This document shows, piece after piece, positions 40,447 to 52,442 of a stretch of 64,000 bases of DNA. Each line of letters begins with the position of its first letter. Positions within the stretch are counted from its first letter, which is position 1. The stretch is from positions 288,001 to 352,000 of the forward strand of contig CAWBWI010000002.1 in assembly GCA_963792585.1 (NCBI GenBank), written 5' to 3'. The DNA comes from Candidatus Eiseniibacteriota bacterium. Lineage in GTDB: Bacteria > Eisenbacteria > RBG-16-71-46 > CAIMUX01 > VGJL01. The notes under the pieces are model-generated. The model had not been told where the DNA came from and did not search any database. It saw only the letters and a list, made by a program, of their open reading frames with translations. A program made the translations under genes and the position numbers.

Positions 40447-40750
40447 CACACCCGATCGGCAGGGTGCGTCATCGAGAGGCGCCCGCGGCGGAGTTCCGGG
40501 CGGGCTTCCCGAAGTCGTCCCCGGACTCTCACTCAGTGTCCGGAAATAAGTAAGATTGTCTAATAATTAGCATTGTCTTGTTTTAGGTAATATTGTTCCC
40601 GGATACCTCTAGAATCTCATGACAGATGGCTGCAGAGCTTGCCAGACACACAGAATGGATGAGGTTTCAGTGGGGAGTACGCATCCCGGTTCCCGCAAGC
40701 AGACACCGATCCACGGTCAGACGGACTCTGATGCCCCAAGGCGGAGCCAT

Positions 40751-43709
40751 GTGTCCCGATCGACCCCCTTCACCCTTCTCGTCTACCTAGCATTCTTTGC
40801 ATCCGGTGCCGCGAGTCTGACAGCGGAGGTGACGTGGAATCGGATGCTGATCGTGGTCGTGGGCAACTCGATCAGCGCGGCAGCCTTGATCATCGTGGTT
40901 TTCATGGGGGGGTTGGGTCTCGGTAGCCACATCGGGGGGAGGGTCCTGGGCCTCCGGCGTCCATCGCTCGTCCCCTACCTGCTCCTGGAAGCGGCTATCG
41001 GGGCCTACGTCGTTCTTTTCCCCGCCATCTTTGGCGTTCTGTCGGATGTCTTCACTTCAACGGCTCACAGCGTGGCGAACCGAACCGCTCTGAGCTTGAT
41101 CCGGCTGATCGTGACAATGGCAGCCCTGGTGATCCCGGCCGTCCTGATGGGCGCGACGTTTCCTGCGATGATCAACGGATCTGCGCCCGAGAAGCCGGGA
41201 CGCGGCGGCGCGCGCATCGGCTATCTGTACAGCGTGAACACCCTGGGCGCCGCGACCGGCTGCTTCGCGGCCGGTTACCACCTCCTGCTCGAGTTCGGGG
41301 TCCAGACAGCCCTGTATTGCGCCCTGGGCCTCTACATCTTCGCCGCCTCCTGCGCGCTGTTAGCCAATGCCCTCCGTTCCCGCGGAGCTGGCGATCGGCC
41401 TGCCGTTCCTGCAGGCGCCATCGACCCTCCGGCTGACGACCGCGGCCTTCGGCGCTTTCTCTATGGGGCCACCTTTGGCATCGGCTTCGTCTCCTTGGCC
41501 TACGAGGTGCTACTGACCCGGTTGAGCATCTTGTACCTCGGCAACAGCGTCTCCGTGTTTCCGCTCGTCCTGACAGCCTTTCTGCTTGGGACCGGAATCA
41601 GCGCGGTTGCAGGGACCTGGTTGTACGGGCGGCTTCAGCGGGGGGGTGGTGGGGCGAATTGGCTCTTCGGCGTCACGGCGTTGCTTGCGGGCGTGTTCGT
41701 CCTCTTCACGCCTCGGCTGCTCCTGGGCAGCGTCAGCGCCGAGCGTTTTACCCGGCTCGCGGATGCCGCCCCAGGCAGCCCCTGGCCGATCCTGGGGATC
41801 ATCGTTCTCCCCACTTTCTTCATCGGAGGGTTGTTGCCGGTGGCCATCCGAATGCTCCGGGGGAGGGAGCAGGGCCGGGCGACCCGCGGAGCGGCGTCCC
41901 TCTACGCCTTGAATACCGCGGGCGGGCTGCTCGGGGCTGGGATCGCCAACCACTTCTTGGTCCCGTCGATTGGAGTCCACGGCGTCCTCCTTCTGCTTGC
42001 GGCGATTTGCCTCGCCACGGGGTTCGTGCAGCTGTGTTCGCCGGGGCGAAGCGCCCTTCGGTGGGTCACGGTCGGTGGCGGCATCGCCCTCGTGACGGTG
42101 GCCCTCTGGGCAGGTCTTCCCAGGATGGAGGACCTCTATGCGCGCAAGGTCGTGCAGTCCACGGGCGCGGAGTCCGCGCAGGCTCTGCTCGTTCGGGAGG
42201 GTCGCGCAGCGACCGTGACCGTGATCGATCAGACGGATGCTCGACTGGGAAGCTATCGTGACATGTATCTGAACGGCGTTGAGGAGGCCTCCACGCGGTA
42301 CTGGCACACCCAGCTCTTCAAGCTGCTCGGTGTTCTTCCCGTACTCACGCACGAGTCCGACCGGCCCAAAGACGCGCTGGTCATCGCCTTCGGAGCCGGA
42401 ATCACAGCCGGCTCCGTGCTCGCCTCCGACGAGGTCGCGTCCCTCGACGTGGTAGACCTCAACCCGGACATCGAGGGCATCAACGGCTTCTTCACCGAGG
42501 TCAACGGCGACGTCTTCCATCAGCCGCGGTTCCACTTCTGCAATGACGACGGCCGGAACTACCTCGTCACGAGCGGCAAGGAATACGACCTGATCATCGG
42601 CGACTCCACACATCCGAGGGCCTATGACAGTTGGATCCTGTACACGGACGAATTCTACCGTGCGGTGCGGAAGCGGCTGCGCCCGGACGGAGTCTTCGCT
42701 CAGTGGGTGCCCGTACTCGGATCGATGCAGGGCGACCTGTTCCGCATCCACCTGAATACGTTTCGCCGGTCCTTCCCCCATTCGACCCTCTGGTACGTGT
42801 ACGGTTCCGACCAGGCATTCCTCATGGCGACTCCACAGGGGTATCTCCCTGGATACGGGCGGCATCCAGAAGAAACTGGACGCCCTGCCGGCCTGGTTCC
42901 AGGCCGACAAGTATCAGATCGATTCTGTCGCCCGGGTGGCCGGGTTCTTCTGGCTGGATGACGAAGCGATGCAGAGGATGATCGGGGATGAGACCCGCAT
43001 CAATCGCGACGGAGCCCATTATTTCGACAAGCAATCGACCGTGGTGCCGTCCCCTCCCCAGCGGCGACTGCCGGCGTACCAGACGAGCATCCTTCCTCAC
43101 CTGATCGGACCGGGAGACGAGTTGCGGGTGGCGGTGGGCGGCCAGCAGGCCGTGGCCCAGCTTCTCGCACGCTACGGGTTCTACCGGAGCCAGGAGGATC
43201 TGTATAGCGCGTACTGCCTCATGCCGGATAACGGGAACGTGCGCTATTTCATGGATCGCGAGTTTTCCGAGCGACTCCCTGATTGGAAGGATTTCTGCAG
43301 GGAGCGAGAGATCGTCCAGTTCCGCGCCGCCGTCGCGCATCTGCCGAACGATGCGCTCGCCCTGAATGCGCTCGCCGACCGACTGATCGAGGCTGGGAAC
43401 CTGGAGGAGGCCATGCCGCTGATTGAACGCGCCGTGGCGCTGGATCCCGAAAACGGAATGATCCTCGATACGTATGGTTGGGGGCTCCTCCAGCGTGGCG
43501 AGAGCCGGAAGGCGCTCGGGGTGATGCGGAAATCGGCTTCCGTACTGCCGACGCACCCCATCGTTCTCTACCATCTCGGCGCAGCCTATCGAGCCAACGG
43601 GGATGCGCGATCCGCAAGGAAGTACATCGAAGCGGCTCTGAACAGCGGGAGCGGCTTCGCGGGGGCGGAAGCGGAACAGGCTCGGCGGCTGCTTCAGGAG
43701 ATCGATTGA
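40751..43709 (+). CDS. membrane protein with spermidine-synthase-like domain and C-terminal TPR (frameshift at ~42840)
   Basis: SGAASLTAEVTWNR, LYSVNTLGA, LYALNTAGG in a multi-TM region; AFGAGIT, DGRNYL, DLIIGD, GVFAQW; an extra G at ~42840 joins it to the TPR ORF 42936-43709 (ILDTYGW, LYHLG). Confidence 0.8.
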
Positions 43710-45916
43710 GCCGGCGATTCCGATCGGCGTGCGGTTCGTCCCGCGGTTTCCGAGGCCGAGGGCAACGGCTTGCTCGGTGCGGAGCTTTGTCGATCGCGCT
43801 CCTCTGCTGGTTGCCGGCCTCACGCGCCCTCGCGATCGACGGTGTCGTCGACATTCGCACCACCAGTCAGGAAGGTCGCGCGGGCGCCGATAAGTACACT
43901 CAGAGGTCGACGACATCTCAACTGAGGGCGAACCAGCACGTATCCTTCATGCGACACTTCGGTCTTCGATTCGACGGCGGCCTTACTCGGGAGACGTTCC
44001 GAAGCAGATTCGGACTCACTCGCAGCGATTTCAACAAACGAACGGGCACAGGCGGACTCTCCCTGGATCTCACGGGAAGGGGCGGACGCCTGATGCTGGA
44101 CGGCCAGACCTTCGATCAGAAGACGGACGGGAACGAAACGGACAGCCCGAGCCTGCGGCGGAATCAACTCAATGGTGCGGCGCAATTCAGGCACGACTGG
44201 ATCGAACTGGGCAGCGGCGGCTCATTCATCTCCTCGCGACGCGTGAGCGAATCCGCAGGGGCGCAGCGAAACGAGGAGTGGACCGGCACGATCTCGTCGC
44301 GATTGAAGATCCCCAAACTCGGGGAGGCGCGGTACAAGTTCGCGTCCTTGACGGGCCGTGACCTGAATCTCCACACAAGAGTGGATCAGACCACTCACAC
44401 GGTCAATTTCTCCAGCGCGACCCGATTCGCGGGGGGGCGTGGATACATCTCGACAAAGGAGACCTCGAGCTTCTTTACCCAGACGCAGACGCGGCCGGCC
44501 GCAGGGTCGGGAATGCGCCTGATGCTGCCCGACGCCGGAGGCTACCTCCTCGACGACACCCCGGACCTGCACGACCCACTGGAGATGGATCTCGTGTCCG
44601 TTCCCGAGCTCTATGACGGGAATCGGCAGACCTCCACCGATGTCCAGATCGGGGATTCCGCGCCGGCGGTCCGGCAGTTCGGCGGCGACTACCGGAACAT
44701 CGTGTTCGATTTCGGAGATGCGGCCGATGTGGAGTCCATCACCATCTACATCGACAAGACCCTTCCTGTCCCTGGGATGATCCAGTGGAGAGTATTCACC
44801 AGCAACGACCCGGATGGCCGCATCTGGGAGGAGTCGACAAGCGCCCAATTCGCCTACGCGGAGTGGGGCGTCGGTCTCCAGGGATGGACGGCGACCTTCC
44901 CCCAGGACGCGGCCGCGCGGTTCATCAAGGTCGTCGATGTGAAACTGGGACCGACCGTTGCGGACCTCTCGATGACGGAGCTGGAGGTGTTCTCACGGGG
45001 CGAGGACGCGAAACGGGAGCGATCCGAAACGGTGAACCATCGATTGGGGCTGTCGATGGAATACAAACTCACCCCCGGCCTTCGCGCGGGGTACGATCTC
45101 ACCTATCGGCGCCGGACCTTGACCGGGGGAATCGGCGCCCTGCAGAGCCAGGGGCACGGTCTAACGGCAAGCTGGACGAAGAGCATCTGGTCCGTATCGG
45201 GGCGCCATGAGATCCGCAGAACGGACGGCCAGCGATCGCGAGATGCAAACGTCAACGCTCAGAGCCTCACGGTGAAGCGGGGTCGGGACGGCGCTCTTGT
45301 GTCGACGCTGTCCTGGTCCAGGGTCGATGACAGGAGCGGTGAGAACGACAAGCTGTCGAACAGCATCTCCCTGGGCTACTCACTCCCCGCCGCTCCCTCC
45401 CTGCGAATCGACCAGAGGATCACGACCGGCCGGTTGCTCGATTACGCAGCGGACAGGACCTCGACGTCGCTCACCGCCGTGACCTCGATCACCGGCGCAC
45501 CGGTGCCGAGCATCACCCTGGATTTGCAGCAGAGTGAACGCTGGGTCTCACAGGAGGCGGGCACCGGCTTTTCTCGTTTCGATGACACTTCTTTGACCTT
45601 AGGATGGCGACCGGTGCCGCTGATCGTGCTCCAGAGCGCGATCCGCTACCAATTGCGGGACCGTGGGGATTGGCTGGTCCAGAGTTCAGCGACCTGGGAG
45701 CCGCTCTCGGAGGGGACCCTGAGCATGGGTCTGAGCGCGAACCACCTGCGGGACACACGTGCCAACGAGACACAGCGTGGGGGAGGCGTCCACCTGGAGT
45801 GGCGTCTCCGGCCGAACTTGACGCTGCAGGGCAATCTGGAAGCAGTGGGGCTGAAAAAGGCCAACCAGCACGACTCCCCGCTGAATACGGATCTCAGGGG
45901 AATCTTGCGGTTCTAG
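43706..45916 (+). CDS. predicted outer-membrane beta-barrel with inserted discoidin-like domain
   Basis: Signal peptide (ALA); alternating Ser/Thr/aromatic beta strands; internal YDG...FDFG...ARFIKVV...ELEVF segment; C-terminal Phe. Confidence 0.65.
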   Translation: MSRRFRSACGSSRGFRGRGQRLARCGALSIALLCWLPASRALAIDGVVDIRTTSQEGRAGADKYTQRSTTSQLRANQHVSFMRHFGLRFDGGLTRETFRSRFGLTRSDFNKRTGTGGLSLDLTGRGGRLMLDGQTFDQKTDGNETDSPSLRRNQLNGAAQFRHDWIELGSGGSFISSRRVSESAGAQRNEEWTGTISSRLKIPKLGEARYKFASLTGRDLNLHTRVDQTTHTVNFSSATRFAGGRGYISTKETSSFFTQTQTRPAAGSGMRLMLPDAGGYLLDDTPDLHDPLEMDLVSVPELYDGNRQTSTDVQIGDSAPAVRQFGGDYRNIVFDFGDAADVESITIYIDKTLPVPGMIQWRVFTSNDPDGRIWEESTSAQFAYAEWGVGLQGWTATFPQDAAARFIKVVDVKLGPTVADLSMTELEVFSRGEDAKRERSETVNHRLGLSMEYKLTPGLRAGYDLTYRRRTLTGGIGALQSQGHGLTASWTKSIWSVSGRHEIRRTDGQRSRDANVNAQSLTVKRGRDGALVSTLSWSRVDDRSGENDKLSNSISLGYSLPAAPSLRIDQRITTGRLLDYAADRTSTSLTAVTSITGAPVPSITLDLQQSERWVSQEAGTGFSRFDDTSLTLGWRPVPLIVLQSAIRYQLRDRGDWLVQSSATWEPLSEGTLSMGLSANHLRDTRANETQRGGGVHLEWRLRPNLTLQGNLEAVGLKKANQHDSPLNTDLRGILRF

Positions 45917-45937
45917 GACGATGGATCGAAGGCGTCG

Positions 45938-46543
45938 ATGAGGGTTCGGAAAGGGAAGGACGGAATGCGAGGTCGCCGGGTTAGAAACTTGCTGGAACCT
46001 GCCGGCATCTTGATGCTCCTGCCGCTGCTTGCGGGATGTGCCGGGAGCGATGCCTTCATCCAGCCGAATGTCGATTTCAGCCACATTCACCGCTGCGCCA
46101 TCCTGCCGTTCCAGAATCTCACGAACGACGGCTTCGCGGATGAACGACTGGAATCGATCTTCCTGATGGAGGTGCTCCAAGACGGCTCCCTTGCGATTGT
46201 CGATCCCGAGGAAACTGTGAGCGCGATGAATGCGCAACACGTGACCCCCGGCGTCGCCCCGACCCCCGAGCAGATCATCTCGCTTGGAAAGACTCTATCG
46301 GTCGACGCGGTCTTCCTGGGCAGCGTCGAGGAATACGGGCTACAGAGCCAATCACGCCAGCAGACCTATGGGGTCACGGCCGTGTTCAGCATGGCGGAGA
46401 CCGAAACGGGGAACCTGATCTGGAGATCTCAGATCCATGTCGACGGATCGTCGATCTGGAAGCGGATCTTCGGCGGCGAATCGGCGAGCCTCTATGACAT
46501 CTCGAAGACTGCAGTGCGTCGAGCCCTGGCGGACCTCCTTTGA
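45938..46543 (+). CDS. lipoprotein (GNA1162/CsgG-like alpha-beta fold)
   Basis: Lipobox LAGC; AILPFQNLT, LSVDAVFLGSVEEY, ETGNLIW; start may be 45965. Confidence 0.7.
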   Translation: MRVRKGKDGMRGRRVRNLLEPAGILMLLPLLAGCAGSDAFIQPNVDFSHIHRCAILPFQNLTNDGFADERLESIFLMEVLQDGSLAIVDPEETVSAMNAQHVTPGVAPTPEQIISLGKTLSVDAVFLGSVEEYGLQSQSRQQTYGVTAVFSMAETETGNLIWRSQIHVDGSSIWKRIFGGESASLYDISKTAVRRALADLL

Positions 46544-47619
46544 GCCGTTGGTCATTCGGATCTTGGGTGTTCCCGGCTCTGGCCGTTGCCCTATTCGTCG
46601 AGATGTCGGTTCCCATGTACGCGGCGGCGCAGGAGTCCGGATCGGGCTCGCGCGTCGCCGTGATCCTATTCCTCTCCTACGAGGCTGTGGGCCAGCCCCC
46701 CCCGGATCTCGGGAACCTACAGGGGGAGTGCTGGGATCGCCTCGCGACCGGGGTGCACGAGCTGGGGCACAGCGAGGTCTCCCGATCCGAGATCGGGCCC
46801 TCCGTACGGCGCTGGGCAGTCCGGACGGATCTGAGCGTGAGCGGGGCGTTTCTCGAAGAGATCGCAACGGAACTGGACGCAGGCGTCCTTCTCGTCTGCA
46901 ATCTCACGATCTATGGGGACCGGCTGCTCCTGTGCGGACGCAGCGTGGTGACGGCCACGGGCAAGATCACATGGGCGGACATCCAGGAGCTGCGACTCCC
47001 TCCGGGGTCCGGATCCGGGCAAGACAGCCTCGAATCCCGATGGCGCGATCTGGCCACAAGCGCGTCGCACCGACTGCTCGGCAGCTGGGATGCCTATGTC
47101 TCGCCCGATGATTTCTCTGGAGATCTCTTTGTCGTGCCAGTCAGGACTGTCGGCATGGAACTGATGGCGGGACGTCTGGTCCAATCCTGCCTTCTCCGGT
47201 CCCTGATGAGGTCGCGTTGGCGCATCGAGGAGCCGGGCGTCACCTTCTCGCGGCTCCAGGAGGCCGGGGTGGATCCACGTCGACTCGATCGGACCTCCCG
47301 CCCCGCCCTGATCGCCGCGGGCGTCCACGGTGCGGTTCTCGTGTGCGATCTCGTGGCCGGCGATAACGCATCACCTGCCAGGACGGCGCCGTCCCCGGAA
47401 GGAAGCAGTCCCGTGCAGCCCCAGTCGACCTTCCCGCCGTCCACGCTCTCCATGAGGCTCCTGAATGTCGAAACCGGGGTCGTGGTGTTCGCCGCCACCG
47501 AGTGGCTCGAGATGCGGCAATCATATGGTCTCTTCGGAACACTCAAAGACGCGTCGCCCATGAGGCGTGTCCAGCCGGTGGCCGACCGGTTGGTGCGCGC
47601 GGCGACACGGAAAGGATAG
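46540..47619 (+). CDS. exported protein with two repeats of a similar fold
   Basis: Signal peptide; TATGKITW and VETGVVVF strands echo the preceding lipoprotein; translationally coupled. Confidence 0.55.
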   Translation: MSRWSFGSWVFPALAVALFVEMSVPMYAAAQESGSGSRVAVILFLSYEAVGQPPPDLGNLQGECWDRLATGVHELGHSEVSRSEIGPSVRRWAVRTDLSVSGAFLEEIATELDAGVLLVCNLTIYGDRLLLCGRSVVTATGKITWADIQELRLPPGSGSGQDSLESRWRDLATSASHRLLGSWDAYVSPDDFSGDLFVVPVRTVGMELMAGRLVQSCLLRSLMRSRWRIEEPGVTFSRLQEAGVDPRRLDRTSRPALIAAGVHGAVLVCDLVAGDNASPARTAPSPEGSSPVQPQSTFPPSTLSMRLLNVETGVVVFAATEWLEMRQSYGLFGTLKDASPMRRVQPVADRLVRAATRKG

Positions 47620-47629
47620 GACCTTCCCG

Positions 47630-49318
47630 ATGTCACGAACTGCCGGCATGCTTTTGCCGCTCCTTGCGCTGGTTCTGGGTACTGCACCGCTTCCCACTGC
47701 AAGCGCATCTGGCGTGGCAGGGGGAACACGCCGGTTGGCCACGGTCGGTTCCGACACGCTGACCATCGCCGACTTGGACACCGAGGTCCTGGCCTCGCTC
47801 TCGAAGGCAAAGCAGCAGATTCTGCCGGATCTGAATCCGGAAGATGTTCTGAGACGGCTGATCCAGAACAGGCTCTTGGAGCAAGAGGGCTATCGGATCG
47901 GCGCCGATCAGGCTCCCGCCGTGCGCAACCAGGTTCACGAGCTCATTCGCCTGAAGAGCGTCACCGCGCTCCTCGATTCGATATCGGCTCCACCCGCGGG
48001 CATGGCCATGGCGAGCCCGGACAGCATGGTTGGTATGGCCGGCACGTTGCGGCGCTACTCGCACATTCTTGTCAAGGAGGAGGCGCTTGCAGGGTCCCTC
48101 CGGGACAGCGTCACGAACGGGGTCCCATTCGCGGATCTCGCCAGACGGCACTCCCTGGATGGAGCGGCCGCGGCCGGCGGGGATCTCGGCTATGCCGCGG
48201 AGGGCACTTACCTCGACGACTTCGAGAAGGCCGCCGGGCAACTCGCTCTCGATCAGATCAGCGGGCCGGTCCACACCCAGTTCGGCTGGCACCTGATCAA
48301 GTTGACCGGGAGCAAGGCGGATACTCTGAAGTCGAGGGCGATGGCCGAGGCGATCATCCAGGCGCGCGAGGGCGAAAGGCGCACCGCCGCCGTGGGGCGC
48401 TACGTCGATTCCTTGAAGACGGGCTACGGGGTGACGATCAACGACTCCCTTCTCGCGAGTCTCGACTACGCGTCGAAGGACCCGGTCGTGCAGAAACAGC
48501 TCCAGTCCAGCCAGGCGGTTCTCACAGTCCTCCCGACGGGGAAACTCACAGTCCGCGGGCTCACCAGGAATATCCGTTTCAAGTACTTCCACGGCCTCGA
48601 GGATCGGGACGACGCCCAAGCCATCCGGGATCAGATGTTTCACGAGTGGGTCACCGAGGCGCTCTTGAGCCACGAGGCGGAGAAGCTCGGCTTCGATCAC
48701 GAGCCGGGGATTCTCGCTGCCGCGCGTATGGAAGAGCGTGTCCGGATCCGCGAAGAGGTCTTGGACAGCATCTTACGGTTCGAGTTCAAGCCCTCCGAAG
48801 ACGAAGTCCGCGCCTACTACGCAGATCACATCAGTGAATTCGTGCCCGAACCGCGGGTGAAGGTGCAGAGCGTCCTCACCAAGGACGCCGAGACCGCCAA
48901 GAGGTTTCGCGATGAGATGGATCGGGGCGCGGGGCTCAAGTGGTTGGTCGATCGGTCGCCGGGCGAGGTCGACTCCGTCGCCCCTTTCCCCACGGGTTGG
49001 ATCGATGCGGATGCGATCGGTCTGAAGGTCCGGCAGCCGGTCAAGGGTACGGCGGTCGGCCCGATGGAGCTTCCAGGAGGCTGGGCTCTTGCCGAAATCC
49101 TCGCAGTGGAGCAGCCCGAACCGACCAAGTTCGATGACTGCAAGGACAAGGTTGTTCAGGCCATGAAAGGGCTTCGCGTTCGCCAGGCACTCCAGGACGC
49201 ACTGTCGCGTCTGGAGTCGGGGACCGAAATTCGAGTCGAACAGGGCGCAAAGGACGCGATCGCGGAACGAATCAAGCAGTTCCAGGATTCGCTATCGGAA
49301 GGAGGCGAGAGCAGATGA
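47630..49318 (+). CDS. PpiC/parvulin-type peptidyl-prolyl isomerase, SurA/PrsA-like chaperone
   Basis: Signal peptide; SHILV, FADLARRHS, GGDLG, ISGPVHTQFGWHLIK; a second degenerate parvulin domain. Confidence 0.85.
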   Translation: MSRTAGMLLPLLALVLGTAPLPTASASGVAGGTRRLATVGSDTLTIADLDTEVLASLSKAKQQILPDLNPEDVLRRLIQNRLLEQEGYRIGADQAPAVRNQVHELIRLKSVTALLDSISAPPAGMAMASPDSMVGMAGTLRRYSHILVKEEALAGSLRDSVTNGVPFADLARRHSLDGAAAAGGDLGYAAEGTYLDDFEKAAGQLALDQISGPVHTQFGWHLIKLTGSKADTLKSRAMAEAIIQAREGERRTAAVGRYVDSLKTGYGVTINDSLLASLDYASKDPVVQKQLQSSQAVLTVLPTGKLTVRGLTRNIRFKYFHGLEDRDDAQAIRDQMFHEWVTEALLSHEAEKLGFDHEPGILAAARMEERVRIREEVLDSILRFEFKPSEDEVRAYYADHISEFVPEPRVKVQSVLTKDAETAKRFRDEMDRGAGLKWLVDRSPGEVDSVAPFPTGWIDADAIGLKVRQPVKGTAVGPMELPGGWALAEILAVEQPEPTKFDDCKDKVVQAMKGLRVRQALQDALSRLESGTEIRVEQGAKDAIAERIKQFQDSLSEGGESR

Positions 49319-52300
49319 CCTGCGTGTACCGCATCCGGGCCTTGTTGCCGTTGGTCGCGGTCTCGATCCTGGTTGCGCTACTCGTACCCGCATCCGCTCT
49401 GTCATCGGATCGATTCAAGCAGAAGGAGTGCTTGGACTGCCATAAGGACATGTCCAAGCAGCTATCCGCCTCCAGTGCGCATGAGCCGTTCAAACGAAAG
49501 GAGTGCGAGAGCTGCCACAAGCCGCACGGAATCCTCGGTAAGTTGCTGCTGAAGGCGGAGGGCGCCGATCTTTGCACCCCCTGCCATCAGGGGATCGGCG
49601 CGGAGATGTCCGCCAAAGTGGTGCATGAGCCGCTAAAGGCCGGTGCCTGTACGACGTGCCACAACCCGCACGGCACGGGCAAGCGAGCGATGCTGACCGC
49701 TGACGGCGACAAGGCCTGCTTCGCATGTCATGACCAATCGTCCTTCGAGCGGCCGTACGTTCACGCGCCGCTGACGCAGGACGGGTGCCGGGCCTGTCAC
49801 TCGCCTCACGGCTCGGATCACGAGGGACTCCTGCTGCGAGATGCCCGTGAGCTGTGTATTTCCTGCCACAAGGCCGGATCCGAAGCTCCGCTCGAGCCAT
49901 GGGAATGTGGATGTGTCCACCGCAGATTGCGCCGGGTGCCACGATCCCCATAGCTCGACAAGCCCGAAGCTTCTGCGCGCCTCCGTCCACGCCCCGGTGG
50001 CCGGCCTGGAATGCGGTAATTGTCACACGATCGAGCCGTCGGGCAAGGCCACGCTTCTAGAGACGGGGCAATCGCTCTGTGAAACCTGCCATGACGTTCG
50101 CTCGGCGACGCCAAAGGTGGGCCATCCCCCGTTTGCCGAGGGAGCATGCACGGATTGTCATGCCGCCCACGGGAGCCCTTATCCAATGCTTCTGAAGCAG
50201 AGTGAGGAACAGCTCTGCTCCGGTTGCCACGACAAGGTGACGGCCGGGGCCGAGCACCCTCATCCTCCTGTGGCCGAGGGGAGATGCTCCGCGTGCCATG
50301 ACGCGCATGGGTCCGACCACCCTGCCATTCTCAAGGCGGAAGAGCAGGAACTCTGCTCCACCTGCCACTCGGACATGTCGCCGCAGTCGCACGCGAACCA
50401 ACAGACGCATGCGCCCTTCGTCAAGCAACCGTGCACGACCTGTCACGCCGCCCACGGATCGCGGCAGGCGTTTCTGCTGATCAAAGATCCCGGAGATCTA
50501 TGTCTATCCTGTCACAAGAGCATCCAGTTGCTCATGGCCTCATCCCATCCGCACACCGTGGTCGCGCAAGGAGAGTGTCTCTCCTGCCACGCCCCCCACT
50601 TCGCCGACAAGCCCGGGCTGCTGAAAGCTGAGAGCGGAGATCTCTGCGTGGGATGCCACAAGGGGCTCGCGGGCGAGCCCGGGGCGCCCGGCGTGCACTC
50701 CCCCGCGGCCGAGAAGGCGTGCCTGGACTGCCACGTCCCGCACGGGGGAGAGCAAGAGGCCCTTCTGAAGGCGCCGGTCAAACAGACTTGCGGGGACTGT
50801 CATGCGGATGTGAGTGATCCGTCCACCCGGCCCTACACGCACGCGCCCGTTGCCGATGGCAACTGCACAGAGTGCCATGACGCGCACCGTTCCGAACGCC
50901 CCGCGCTGCTCACGGCCGCGTCACCTGAGATCTGCCTGACCTGTCATTCGGATGTGATGCGGACCGACGGAGCGGTCTCGGTTCACTCTCCGAGCCAGGA
51001 TGACTGCCTGGTCTGCCATCAACCTCACGGCGGCAGCGATCCGACGTTCCTGCGCTCGGCTTCACCCGACCTGTGCCTGAAGTGCCATGATGAGGGCAAT
51101 CAGGAGTTCCGGCAGAAGCACCTCCAAATGGAGGGTCGGAAGATCGACTGCCTCCAGTGCCACGAAGGTCATCGGTCCGCAGAAGCCGGCCGTTCTTCAC
51201 GCCTACAGCCATCCTCCGTTCGATGATCGGACCTGCGACGTGTGTCATGCTGCCGACGGGTCCCCGATGCCTGCGAGCGAGACCTGCCTCAACTGCCATG
51301 GCGACCTCTCGGCGGCGAGCACGGGCGACAAGGTGCAACATCAACCATTCGCCTCCGGCGAGTGCACCGCATGCCACAATCCCCACGCCTCGAAGGCGGA
51401 GCACCTTCTTGCCGGGAGCGTCGGCCAGACATGTGAGTCCTGCCATGCGACCGCCGATCTCTATCCTGAACAGTCCCTGGCGCACACCCCTGTCCGGCAA
51501 GGCAGGTGCAATGACTGCCATTCCGGCCACAGCTCCAATCAAGCTGCCCTCCTGAAGCGCCCTGAGGGGCAACTCTGCACAGGCTGCCACGAGGACATTC
51601 GTGCCATCGTGGAGCAGGGAGTCGCTCACCAGCCAGTCTCCAAGGGCAAGTGCGATGCCTGCCATGATCCCCACGGCACGGCCCAGAGCGCGATGCTGAA
51701 GAACTCGGTGCCCGCTTTGTGCACAAGCTGCCACAATCCAAAGGAGGCGGCTCTTCTCGCCAGGCATGGCGGAATTCCCATGGAGGGGACCGATTGCCTC
51801 AGCTGCCACGATCCGCACAGGAACATCAAGAGCGCGAGGGCGACTGGGAGCGTCCACGCGCCGTTTGCCGGCGGGAGGTGCGGCGACTGCCACAAGGGGG
51901 CGACGACCGCGCTCCGTGCCACGGAGAAGACGCTCTGTCTCGGGTGTCACGCGGGCCTGGAGCAGGATCTCCTTCGCGACAAGACCCACAGTGCGCTCAA
52001 TGGTGACAAGCCGTGCACATCCTGCCACCGCCCTCATGCTTCTCCTGTGGCGAAACTGCTCGTCAAGCCCAACGAGTCCCTGTGCGCCTCCTGCCATCCT
52101 GATGAGGCCTCCGTGATCGCAAGTGCGGAGTACGCGCACCCCTCCCAGAACAAGGGCCGGTGCCTCGTGTGCCACCAGCCGCATACCCAGCCCCCGTCGG
52201 CGAGTTCGGGCGGGGGAGCGACCGAGGTCTGCTCCCAGTGTCATGACTTCACCAAGCATGTCAGCCACCCCATGGGGCCGGAGACGTTGGATCCCCGAAC

Positions 52301-52442
52301 CAAGCAGCCGGTGAAGTGCATTAGCTGCCATGCGCAGCATGGCTCCGGTTTCAAGTACTTCATGCGGGATGATCCATCGGGTCGCCTCTGTGTTCAGTGC
52401 CACACGGAGAAGATCCGGCAGGCCCGGCCACTAGGGAAGTAA
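49315..52442 (+). CDS. very large multiheme c-type cytochrome, ~42 CxxCH (two apparent frameshifts, ~49880 and ~51190)
   Basis: Signal peptide; 7+18+17 CxxCH counted over ORFs 49315-49953, 49841-51226 and 51087-52442; repeating H-x-P..CxxCHxPH..LL..LCxxCH doublet. Confidence 0.88.

Noticed and set aside
40627..40642. TGGCTGCAGAGCTTGC as a sigma-54 promoter for the cytochrome operon
   Set aside because: GG-to-GC spacing is 11 rather than the strict 10. It would fit only if one base is an assembly insertion.
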